A stretch of 63,752 nucleotides of DNA, filler included, from Hyphochytrium catenoides (taxonomy: Eukaryota; Protista; Hyphochytriomycota), in assembly GCA_900088475.1 (NCBI GenBank). It is 11 parts of 11 records of this genome, joined end to end, with 100 filler letters (N's around TTAATTAATTAA, not from the genome) between each part and the next. Parts side by side here need not be neighbours in the genome. Positions count along the whole stretch, not along the records: positions 36,834 to 40,045 come from FLMG01000304.1; positions 40,146 to 43,199 come from FLMG01000009.1; positions 43,300 to 59,922 come from FLMG01001055.1; 8 more parts are not named here. One strand, given 5' to 3'. Position 1 is the first letter of the stretch, and every line of letters begins with the position of its first letter. The translations under genes were made by a program, and so were the position numbers. The notes beneath the pieces were generated by a model. It was given only the letters and a program-made list of their open reading frames with translations, did not search any database and had not been told where the DNA came from. Below are positions 39,632 through 52,310 of the stretch, piece after piece.

Positions 39632-40557
39632 CTTTTCCTGCATGTAAGACTGCTCCTCCTTATTTTTCTGTGTCCATCTCTTCTTTTCTCTTGGTTCTGT
39701 GCTCCGATAACGCGAGATCTTCTTCTGCACTATCATCGTGTGTTCGTCATCCACGGAGCAACAGTCTCTCTCTCTCTTTCTCTACCGTTCCTTTCCTATA
39801 TCGTGTTTGCGCTCGCTTCTCTCCCATTCTCTTCTCTCTCTTTTCTCTCTCTCTTCTGGTTTCTGATGTTAAAGCAGGCATTGGTATCCTCGGGGCAATA
39901 AGAGGAAGAGTTGACAGGATCCTGCAAAGTGGAGAGATAAAGAGAAGGAAGGACCGGATCTACTAGAAAAGAGAGAGAGAAAGAGAGAGAATAGATGGAA
40001 GACGAAGGTTGTCCTATCACCTCCACTGCTCGCACTCCCTCTCTCNNNNNNNNNNNNNNNNNNNNNNNNNNNNNNNNNNNNNNNNNNNNTTAATTAATTA
40101 ANNNNNNNNNNNNNNNNNNNNNNNNNNNNNNNNNNNNNNNNNNNNGGGGGCAAAACGAGAGAGAGAGAGGCAAAAGGAGAGAAGTGGCAAAAGGAGAGAG
40201 AGAGAGGCAAAAGGGGAGAGAGAGGCAAAAGGGGAGAGAGGGGCAAAAGGAGAGAGAGAGGCAAAAGGAGAGAGGGAGATAAAGAGAGAGAAGAAAACGA
40301 AAAGAAGAGAGAAGGCATTCAGGAGGAAGCAGAGTAAAGCTGAAGAGAGGAAGAGAGAGAGAGCCCTTTGAAAAGAGAACGAGAGAGGGTCAAGAACGAA
40401 AAAAAAGGGAGGGAAAAAAGGGAAGCGAGAGAGACACAAAGATAGAGAGAGGGAGAGAGAGAGAGAGAGAGAAGGGGACCTCAAAAGGACACTAGATTCT
40501 TCCCTGGAGAAACCTTCCAGGGGGAAAGAAATAAGAAGAAAAAAGAGAAAGACAAAC

Positions 40558-40700
40558 CTGAGAGAACACGAGAGAGAGGTTGACCGCCATCCTGCCTGGC
40601 ACTCCGTACGCGACGTATCCTAAAGACGCAAAGGAGATGCTGACTCCACCATGACATACGGCTTGCACGCATTCCTTTGTGTTGATGGGAAACACAAGAA

Positions 40701-40756
<56 letters not shown>

Positions 40757-41540
40757 GGAAGAGAGAGAGAACGAGAGAACGAGGGAGCGAAATAGCGAGA
40801 TAGAGAAAGGGGAGGGCGAGAGCGAGAGCGGAAGAGAGGCGAGCGAGCAAGCGAGAGAGAGAGAGAGAGAGTGAGAGAGAGAGAGGAGAGAGAAGGAGGA
40901 GACAGGGAAAGAAAGGTGGTGGGGGTGAATGAGTGAGAGTGCAGTGGACTGTTAGAGAGACTGCTGTCGCAAATACTAAGACAGGTCACAGATGAAGAAG
41001 AGAACTGGGACAGAGCGCGAGAGAGAAGAGAGAAGAAGCGTTTTCCGGATGAAAAGGGGTAGTACCCTCTCGTCCCCAATCATGATAAAAGAGAAAGAAG
41101 GGATGGGAGGAGTGTGAGAGGAACAGAAAGAGAGAAGAGAGAAAGAAAGAAACGTGCAAGCATGACAAGAAGAGACACTTCCAGAACTATAAAAAGCAGG
41201 ACAGCTGCGGCTTGAAAATGGGAACAAGCTGGACATCCAGCAAACAAGAAAGAGAGACACATAAAGAGAGAAAAGAGAAAGGAGAAAGCGAGATGGAAGA
41301 AGAGAGCGAGATAAGTGAGAGAGGGAGAGATAAAGTAGAGAGAAGGAAGGAGAGAGATAGAGAGATAAAAGAGAGAGAGAGAGAGAGAGAAAGAAGAAAG
41401 AAGGAAGGAGAGAGAGAGAGATAAGAGAGAGAGAGAGAGAGAGAAAGAAGAAAGAAGAGAGCAGGAAGGGGAGAGAGAGATTAAAGAGAGAGAGAGAGAA
41501 AGAAGAGAGAAGGAAGGAAAGAGAGAGAGAGAAAAGAAAA

Positions 41541-41572
<32 letters not shown>

Positions 41573-41839
41573 NNNNNNNNNNNNNNNNNNNNNNNNNNNN
41601 NNNNNNNNNNNNNNNNNNNNNNNNNNNNNNNNNNNNNNNNNNNNNNNNNNNNNNNNNNNNNNNNNNNNNNNNNNNNNNNNNNNNNNNNNNNNNNNNNNNN
41701 NNNNNNNNNNNNNNNNNNNNNNNNNNNNNNNNNNNNNNNNNNNNNGAGAGAGAGAGAGAGAGAGGACAGACAGAGAGAGGCGGAGGAGAGAGAGGTAGGT
41801 AGGTAGGGGGAGGTTGGATAGAAGGGTAAAGAAGGACAA

Positions 41840-41878
<39 letters not shown>

Positions 41879-42526
41879 TGAGAAGATTATGAGGAGACAC
41901 TTGGAAGACAGCTTTTCCGCTCATGATTTTTCAATGAGAGCAAGCTAATAGCGAGACAGGGCAGATGAGTCAGAGGGAGAGAGGTACAGAGAGAAACAGA
42001 GAGACAAAACAGAGAAAGAGAAAGAAGCTGACAGAGCTACAAAGAGTTCAGGAATGAGAAAGAGAAGGAAAGACAGAGAGAGAGAGAAAAGAAGCTAGCG
42101 TAAGAGAGTGAAGAGATGAATAAAAGAGCTCAACAGAGCAAAGGAGAGACGGTGCAAGAGGGAGAGAGACATACAATAGAGGAAGGCAGCTGAGAAAGAG
42201 AAACCAAACCAAGAAAAAAAGACGCTGAAAAACAATGAGGACCAAGGAAAGAGAGACACACCGTCTTCTCGCTGCTCTTCTAATAAGAGGAGAGAGACTC
42301 TCATCTTCTCCCCATCCTCCCTCTTGCTCTTGACTGCTCTCAAACTGAGCGATGAAGAAATCATTGTACACATGCTTAACATTAGAGAGCAAGCCCGGTC
42401 GGTGCTGCACTTGGCGAAGGAAAGAGATGTGGAGAGAAGGAGGCGGCGCGCGTCCTTCTTCCTCGTGTTTGACCTTCAAATGCTGCCTCCTGAACCCTCC
42501 AGGCTGGGAAATGTCAGAGGCTTTGC
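40558..42526 (-). CDS. Fragment of an AVT3/AVT4-like vacuolar amino acid transporter (Aa_trans/AAAP family)
   Basis: ASDISQPGGFRRQHL matches the Avt3/4 N-terminal PGGFRR motif. SFASLGYVAYGVPGRMAVNLSLVFSQ matches the SFGDIG..LYG...R..I..SI..SQ segment. An intervening exon may lie in the N gap. Confidence 0.6.
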
Positions 42527-42569
42527 CTGGCGGAGAAGAGGAGAGAGAGAGAGAAGAGAGAGAGAGAGA

Positions 42570-42600
<31 letters not shown>

Positions 42601-43664
42601 GGAAGAAAGAGAGAGGGAAGAAAGAGAGAGGGAAGTAGAGAGATAAAGATTGAAAATGAGAAAGAGGAACAGAAAAGAGAGGGAAGAGAAAAAGAGAAAA
42701 GAGAGAGAGAAGAGAGGGGGAACAGATGGGTGAGACGGAGAAAGAGAGAAAGAGAGAGAGAGAAGGAGAGAGAGAGAGAGAGAAGGCGATAATAAAGAGA
42801 GAGAGAGGATAGGGAAGCAACAGAGCAAGAGCAAAGAAAAAACAAGAGTAGAAATGGAGGTTAACAGAGAGAGAGAGAGAGAGAGAAAGAGACAGAGAGA
42901 GCTTGGATTCATGCATGAGAATACAGCGGAGAAAGAGGAGAGAGGAATTACAGATAGAGAGAAGGACAAGAATCATCAAAAAGAGGGAGCCGACGTACAA
43001 GGCAGCGATTGAGCGAGGCATGAGAGAGAGGAAGAGCAAGAGAGAAAGAGATTATGGACCAGGAAGAGAGGAGCAAGAGGAAGACCAAGAGAGAGAGAGA
43101 GAAAGAAGAGAAAGAAGAAGGAGAGAACGCGCGTATTAGAGAGAGAGAGAGACCAAAAAAGAAGAAAATGAGCCAGGCCCGAGACGTAACTACAGAGTTN
43201 NNNNNNNNNNNNNNNNNNNNNNNNNNNNNNNNNNNNNNNNNNNTTAATTAATTAANNNNNNNNNNNNNNNNNNNNNNNNNNNNNNNNNNNNNNNNNNNNA
43301 GAGAGAGAGAGAGAGAGAGGGAGAAAGAGAGAGAGGAGGAGAGAGAAGTGGGGAGAGAGAGCAGCGGAAAGAGAGCCAAGATTCCTGCTTCTATAGAGAA
43401 ACTGTTTCTGCAAGATGGGAGAGAGACAGGATGTCAGTCGGCGCAGGGCCTGAGACATCGTTGGAGTGAAGGCTCCAGCTGCGGGCGCTGGTCTAACGCC
43501 TGGCCCACTTGTCCATGCCTCTTTATCTTCATTTCTCTCATTTCATTCATTTTCATTCATTTCCTCTCTCTCTCACTCTCTTTCCCTCTCTCACTTTCTC
43601 CTTTTCTCTCTCTCACTCGTGCTCTTCCGTCGCCAATGTTCTCCCTCCTTCTTTTTTTGAAGGT

Positions 43665-44845
43665 ATGAAGACTGGTACCCGATCCTCTCTTCTCTCTTTC
43701 TCCCCTTTTCATCTGCGTTCTCTCTCTCTTCGAAGCTTTTCATCTGCTGGTAGTAGGAGGTTGATTCCTCGGCCTCCTCTCTCTCTCATCGTCGGGCCCC
43801 AGCACTTCCAATGGCGAAGCCGCATAGACCCTGAGAAGAGAGAAAGAAGGGGAGAAGAGAAAGAAAGAAGAGAAGAGGAAGAAGGTGTGCTGTCCATTCC
43901 TCGTTCTTCCCTCTTCCATGTCCTGTCTCTCTCTCAGAGGTTGAGTGCTGCCTCTTCTTCTTCTCGCCCGCTCTTTCTGTCTGCCCTTTCCTCTATCTCC
44001 TATCCTCTTTCTTTCTTCCTCTTCTTGGTTCCGCGTCACATGTTTCTCTCCTAAAACTTGGTCTAGCTTGGGTCTCTCTCTTTCTCTCTCTCCCTCTTGA
44101 CATAAAAGAGAACTCTTCTCACTCCCCAGTCATATACTCCTTTTGCTTTTTCTCTCTGTTGTTGGCAACTCAGTAAGTGACTGTGTCTCGTTCCTTTTTT
44201 CTCTCTCTGTCTCTATGTCTTCCTCTCCCTGTCTTCCTTTCTCTCTCTCTCTCTCTCTCCCTCTCGCCGTCTCTCGCTCGATATCGCTTTCTGTCTGTCT
44301 CCTCTCGCTGACTCTCTCTCTCTCCTTACTGTCTGATTCTGTTGTTAACCCTTCTGTCTGTCTGTCTCTCTTGAGCAGATTGCCTTCCTCTTCCGTCTGC
44401 TCAGCTCCAAGCGGCATTATCCTCAGGAGCCATAGACATTCTGCAGCTCAGACTATCCTCTAGCGCTCTACCCTCTCTCTCTCTCCCTTCTCTCTCTCTC
44501 TCTCCCTTCCCCAAGTCCCTCTCTCCGTCAAGCTCGATGTTGGGCCTGATACAGACAGAGAGAGAGAGAGACGCGCTTGTTCTTATGGGACTGGCAGTCC
44601 AGAACTTTCTCTCTTCCTCTGCCTTTAAAGAGAGAGAAGAAGGTTCAAGAGAGATGAAGCGAGGAGATGAAGAGAGAGAGAAGAGACGGCGGCGTCCTCT
44701 CCTTCTTGTTAACAATTCAGTGGAAGCAGCTGTCAGGCTCGGTGCGGCAGGAGTCCATCTGCCAGAGAGGACATGGAAAGGTGAGAGCGGAGAGANNNNN
44801 NNNNNNNNNNNNNNNNNNNNNNNNNNNNNNNNNNNNNNNNNNNNN

Positions 44846-44878
<33 letters not shown>

Positions 44879-45138
44879 AAGAGAGATGGGTGTAATGCAG
44901 AAGGAAGAAAGTGTTATTCAAATTGATGATAGAGCGAGAGCGAGAGAATGGGACAGTAAGGGAGAGAGAGAGAGAGAGACAGTAAGGGAGAGAAAGATAT
45001 GGGAAAGCAAAAGTTGTGCTGTCCCAGCTTTTTAACGGCTCAATGATGGCTAGAGCTGACGCTCTTTCTTCTTTTAACCTTGATCCCTTCTCCTCTTCAT
45101 TTGCTCGCCTCCTTCCTTCCTTTTCTCTCTTACCTTTG

Positions 45139-45193
<55 letters not shown>

Positions 45194-45802
45194 GTTTTTA
45201 CTACTTTCTTACGCTTCGCCCACCTGCGCGAAGTGGCACCAGATGCAGTGCTTCGAAAGGTGAGGGAAGGCCTCACGAATAGTAGAAGGAAGAGGGAGAG
45301 AGACGGAGAGAGAGAAGATAAGGATCTTGTGTTGGTTGGATGCGCCGTGCACTCTCTCTCCGACGCTCTAGCAGCTGCTGCGGCTGGGGCGGACTACCTT
45401 CAGGTTGGAACGATGTTTCCCTCTCTCTCTCATCCAGAAAAGCTCAATGTTGAGGGGCCAGCGCTTCTCTCTTCCATTCAAGAGTCTCTCCCGGCTCTCT
45501 CTCATTCTCCTTCTTTAAAAGAAAGAGTTGGCCTGGGAGAGACATCTCTCTCTTTTCCTCTCTCTCCTTTTCTCCTGGCGGTTGGTGGGATCACCCACCT
45601 GAATATAAACACGGTCTTGGGGGCAGGCGCGGACGGAGTGGCGGTAATCTCTGAGATTTTAGAGAGCGAAGCTCCAAGCCAGGCGGCGCTTAGTCTGAGA
45701 AAAAAGCTGGACGGAGAGAGCATGAGCCCCGAATGCATGGAGGAAAAGGAGAAGATATGTGGAGGGAGAGAGAGAGAGAGAAAGAGAGACAAAGCTGCTT
45801 GA
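43665..45802 (+). CDS. Divergent thiamine-phosphate synthase superfamily protein (ThiE/TenI-like, TMP-TENI fold) with putative mitochondrial presequence
   Basis: Exons 43665-43884, 44379-44780 and ~45234/45243-45802. Motifs IDILQLR, LLVNNSVEAAVRLGAAGVHLPER, GCAVHS..ALAAAAAGADYLQVGTMFPSLSHP, LAVGGI and GADGVAVISEI. Confidence 0.85.
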
Positions 45803-45936
45803 GTCTACTGCTTGCTCTTGGGTCATTCTCCATATCACATTATCTTTCCTTTCGTAACAAGAGTGACAGAGGCGGATCAGTGCTACCTACCTTCTATGCC
45901 GCCTTCCGCCTCTCTCTCTCTCTCTCTGTCTCTCTC

Positions 45937-45967
<31 letters not shown>

Positions 45968-46592
45968 TGCTGTGCTTAAAGAGAGGGAGGACGCCCGAAG
46001 AAAGCCGTGCTCTCTTCTCCCTACCTCTCTCCCTGGTGCCTAATAGTGGCCCCAGAAAGAGGGCCGGGTGTCTCTTGTGCTGCCACGCACGCCTGCTTCT
46101 CCTCTCTCTCCTCCTCATACTGGCCTCTTCTAGGTATTTCACGGGCAATAGGCACAGACTCGATTTTGATGCCCTTGGAAGAGACGGCATTCTGTCCTCC
46201 TGGTATCTCTCTCTCTCTCCCGTCCCTGTCTCTTCTGACACATTAGGCCATTATGAAAAACTTTCGAGTTGCATACTTATTGGGAGACCGCTGCAGGGAG
46301 AGAGAGACCCAGAGGATGATGAAGAGAGAGTCTGAGAGATGACAGAAAGCGGTTCATGGTGCGCTAAGAGTGGGAGAAGATTCTCATGCATTACTTAGGG
46401 TTATCCTAAGAGACGTATATAGAGTGTGCAGCTAGCGTGCACAGCCTGCAGGAGAGAGAAGATCCTTCTTCCTCTCTCTTTCCTTATCTCTTCCATGTCT
46501 TCATACCTTGAAAGACAGAACTCTTGCCTTCCTTTGCTCATAGTAAGAGATGAACAGAGACCCATCAGTGTCTCTCTCTCTCTTTCTGTCAC

Positions 46593-48101
<1,509 letters not shown>

Positions 48102-48227
48102 TTGTCTGCTGTTTGATTATAGGCTGAGCCTAGTTAAAGAATGACACGAGTGGAGCGAGAGAGAAGGAAAGAAAAGAGAGGGGCGGGAGAGAGAGAGAGA
48201 GACGGGAAGAGTAGCCGGAGAGATGAC

Positions 48228-48245
48228 TTAGCAAAGTGGGTCCAT
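48228..48245 (-). other. uORF (MDPLC*) in the alternatively included THI4 5'-UTR segment
   Basis: ATG GAC CCA CTT TGC TAA lies between candidate acceptors at 48328-27 and 48131-30. Confidence 0.55.
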
Positions 48246-48364
48246 TCTGCCCTTTCTCTCTTCTCGCTAGTCTATGCGGAAGGCAAGGCGATGCGACAGC
48301 AGGCAGAGAACAATCGCCTTTAGATCCTGCAAGAGAGACAGAGAAAGAGAGAGAGAGAGAAAAG

Positions 48365-48445
48365 ACAGCAGTCCCTCCGCCCGCATGACCGGGGTCAGGT
48401 TCTAAGGGTATAATCTCAGCCATTTGGGATGGCACCCCTCGCTGT
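48365..48445 (-). ncRNA. TPP riboswitch aptamer in the THI4 5'-UTR intron
   Basis: The minus strand reads ACAGCGA-GGGGT-GCCAT-CCCAA-ATGGC-TGAGA-TTATACCCTTAGAA-CCTGA-C-CCCG-GTCATG-CGGG-CGG-AGGGACT-GCTGT. This gives P1 ACAGC/GCTGT, P2, the P3 hairpin, the conserved UGAGA, P4 and P5. It is ~265 nt upstream of the THI4 ATG, with a donor AAG|GTAAAC at 48567. Confidence 0.95.
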
Positions 48446-50044
48446 TTTCCAATTAGTCATTGAACACCGAGCACTTGTCCATAACAGAGAAGAACGAAGA
48501 AGAAGATATAGGGAGAGAGAGGAGACGGAGCACGGGAGCACTGACAGCAAAGGGATAGACTGTTTACCTTTTCTCTGGAGAGAGAGAGGATGGATCTGGG
48601 TACGACGATGCCGGTCAAGCTTCAAAAACCTTTGACGTCTGGCTGTGAAGGGGAAGATTGAGAAGTGATTGAGTGGTGGAGAGAGACAAAGCAGCAAGCA
48701 GTCATCGTACAGGCTTGACCGTCGGTGTGATGAGAAGCAAGGAGAGAGAGAGAGGGAGGAGGTGAAAGTGAGGCAGGGGAGGAAGTGAGAGGAGACAAGC
48801 AAGAGAGAGAAAGAGAGACAGGCAGAGGGAACACGCCAGACAAGAAGGGGGTCACAGTTCAAGATACGAGCAGAGCTTCAGTATAGTCCAGTAGAGACAG
48901 AGGGGAGAGAGAGGGAGAGAGAAAGGAGAGAGAAAAGAGAGAGGGAGAAAAAGAGAGAGAGAGAGAGAGAGANNNNNNNNNNNNNNNNNNNNNNNNNNNN
49001 NNNNNNNNNNTGTTCTGACAGGTCATGAAATAATTCAATCCTTCAGTATATGTTTCCTAGTCTAAACGTAAGGAATATTAGCGGCAACTAAGGTAATATT
49101 CCAGGTATCTTACAGTCTTACGGCAGGGAACACACGTCATCTGGAATAAAGTCATATATCATTTAGCGTATTAGGTAATACAGTTGGATATACTTACACT
49201 ATCTGTGATCCGAACGCTAGATAGCAAAGGAAGGAACGCAGATCTTGCAGCTTGGTGCTGTACGAAACCCTGCCTGAGGGGTCAGAATGTCTCTCAAGCT
49301 CAGAAAATGCTTGGTAATCTGCTGTCTTTCTACCCATAAGGGTCGTCATACGCCTTTCTTTCCGTTTGTTGAGTTGTTGAAGAGCCCCATGCAAACCACT
49401 GGTGGACTGACATCTCTCTCATCTCTCTCATCTCTCTCTCTCTCTCTCTCTCTCNNNNNNNNNNNNNNNNNNNNNNNNNNNNNNNNNNNNNNNNNNNNNN
49501 NNNNNNNNNNNNNNNNCTCTCTCTCTCTCGCTCTCTCGCTTTCTCTCTCACACTCTCTCTCTCACACTCTCTCTTCCTCACTCTCTCTCTCTCTTTCTTT
49601 CTTTCTTTCTCTCTCTCAGTCTCTCTCTTTCTCTTTCTCTCCTCTCCCTCTCTTCTCTCTACCCTCCTCTCTCCCCTGCTCTCTCTTTCTCTCTCTTTCC
49701 TCCCTCTCTCTCTCCCTCCTCTCTCCCTCTCTCTCTCTCGTCTCTCTGTTCTCTCTCTCTCTCTTTCTCTCTCTCTCTTTGTCTCTCGTCTCTTGTACTC
49801 CGCACTCTCTCTCCATCTCCATTTCATGATGTCTCTGGCTTCCTGTCTTTCTCTTGCAAGGCTGTCCCGATGAGCCCTTTCGCTCATGACGCTTCTGACT
49901 CTTCCCCTTGCTACTCGTAGTACTCCGGAGTAGACTTTTTGGCACTTCCAAGAGCTCGTCCAAGGGCCACCATCTCCCACTCTTTAAAATATTAAGAGCT
50001 CCTCTTTCTCTTTCTCTCTCCCTTCCACTTCTCTCTCTCTTTTG

Positions 50045-50681
50045 ATGGTCTTCCCTCGCTGCCGCGCGGTGGCGCTGGGCGTGTATCCGATCGTCCCTTC
50101 TGCCGAGTGGGTCCAGACGCTTCGCCCAGTCCGTCTTCAGATCCTGCAGCTAAGAATCAAGGATGAAAGCAAGGGTCTGGTGCCTAAAGAAAGGCTCTCT
50201 TCCAGGTATCTGCACGGGTCTCTCCCCTCTCAGTGTGTTTCTCCTGTCTCTAGGGGTCTCTCTCTCTCTCTGTCTCTCTCTCGTTTTCGACAGGTTTTAA
50301 CCGTTGTTCCACCGCCTTGACGACCTCTATCTTTCTTCTCTGAATTCTTCGTCGTGTCACCGTTGATATCTGTTTTCTCCCCTGATTTCTCTCTCTCTCT
50401 CCCTCTCTCTCTCTTTCTCTCCCCCTCCCCACTTCTCTCTCTCTCTCTTCTCTCCTTTCATGCGTACTCACTGTCTTCCCTTTAATAGTTCGGGAGAGAG
50501 AGAAAAGAGAGAGTGGGTACGTTCTGAGGTCAGGAAAGCTGTAGCTCTGTCTCGGGAGAGCAAAGGGCTAATGCTGTTCATAAATGATTATTGGGAGATC
50601 GCCATAGAAGAAGGAGCATACGGCGTGCACCTCGGTAGGAGATAAAGCGAAGACTGTTTTTGTTGAAAGCCAAGGACGCCG

Positions 50682-50739
<58 letters not shown>

Positions 50740-51795
50740 TTGAGCACTCCTTGGAAGATAATAAGTAAAGCCTAAGAAGAGGTGAAGAGATGCATTTCGG
50801 TGGGAAGACGCTACTAAAGAAGAAGAGCTAGCGGCGTCGGATGAAGAGAATCGTGCACAGAGGGGTAGAGGAACCATGAAGATGAAAGGAGAGAGAGACA
50901 AAGACAGAGCGAGAGAGGACACATAAGTAAGCAGACTTAGAAGACAGAGAAGGAGAGAGAGAGACTGAGGTGAGAGAGAGACTGAGGGAGAGAGAGAGAC
51001 TGAGGGAGAGAGAGAGACTGGGGGAGAAAGAGAGACTGGGGGAGAAAGAGAGACTGAGGGCGAGAGAGAGACTGAGGGAGAAAGAGAGACTGGCACACAA
51101 TACAATGAAAGACAGAGACAAAGGCAAAGTTGTGGGAGAGAAAACCTCCAGGGTGCATAGTCAAGAGTTGGGAGAAGAAGAGGGAGATGGAGCTAAGTGA
51201 AGGCTACTTGCAGGGCAAGAAGACCTTGATACCGCGGACTTAGAGGCCATCAAGAGAGCAGGACTTCGTCTGGGTTAAGTGCTCTTTTCTGTTCATCTCT
51301 CTCTTCTCTGACCTCTTTGTCCCTTCTCCTTCCCATTCCTCTCTCTTCCCCTTCTTTACCCTCTTTGCTGTATGGACTCTCTCCTTATTGCTTCGTTTTG
51401 CTTCTCCCGCTCTTTGGCTCAGTAGCTTCACTACCTCTCCCTCTCTCTCTTCAGGTACAAGCACTCATACGCTAGAAGAGCTCGATCGGATTGTCTCTCT
51501 GGGTCCCTCATACATCGCTGTCGGACCAATGTTTGACTCTCAGACCAAACCCGAGACTGTTGCTCGCTATGGAGAACAAGGAGAGAGTGCAATCAAGCTC
51601 TGGAGGGAGAGACTGAAGGAGAGAGACATAGACTGTCCTCTTGTCGCCATCGGCGGCATCACCGCTCAGAATGCTCCTGGTCTGGTCGCTGCAGGAGCTG
51701 ACGGATTAGCAGTGATCAACGCCATTGTAAAGAGCGAAGACCCTCTGACCCAAATCAAAGCCTTTCAAAGCTTGTATGCAAAGGGAGAGAACTAA
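50045..51795 (+). CDS. thiE: Stand-alone thiamine-phosphate synthase, E. coli/proteobacterial type, 4 exons
   Basis: Exons 50045-50205, 50489-50634, 51214-51273 and 51455-51795. Peptides [80 protein letters not shown] and PLVAIGGI. Catalytic motifs are intact. Confidence 0.95.
50960..51091. repeat. ~18-bp minisatellite (gagactg[a/g]gggagaragaga) in thiE intron 2
   Basis: About seven imperfect tandem copies are visible. Confidence 0.8.
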
Positions 51796-52310
51796 GAAGG
51801 GAAGAACAGGAGAGAGAGAGAGAGAGAGAGAGAGAAGATAGGTGCTAGCACGTAGAAGGAGCTTGCAGGGGCTGCCGAATAGACCGACAACAGCTGGGCA
51901 GAGTATGAGCTATGGCCATCCTCGCTGGACGCCAAACTTTATAGAGCTGAAGAGAGGAGACACACGAGCCAACCGTGAACGATAGTGCAGAGAACACCCG
52001 CCTGTTCGTAGACAGAGAGAGAGCGGGGCGAAACGACTTCTGGTTGCTCTTCTGCCTGCCACTAAAATGATGAGAACGGCAGCAAACTCTAGAGTTCACC
52101 ATTTATTCCGGCGCTCTTCCTTTCTATGGCTATCTGCTCCCACCGCCTTCTCTTCCCTTGACAGCGCTGTATTGGCTACAGCGCTGCATTATAAATAGTA
52201 AGACTAACACTAACTGATAGGTGTTCTCCCATGAACCACCTTTCTTCAAGCTGTCCCTGATCTTCGTCTTTTCACTCCTCTTTCAGACAACGTCTTTCTC
52301 CTATCTCTCC

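Noticed and set aside
49011-49192. LTR remnant between THI4 and thiE
   Set aside because: It is AT-rich with TGT...ACA-like ends, but it abuts an N gap, so no target-site duplication can be verified.
49194-50488. Second TPP riboswitch for thiE
   Set aside because: I found no UGAGA plus CCUGA...AGGGA arrangement by eye upstream or in intron 1; a cmsearch would be decisive.
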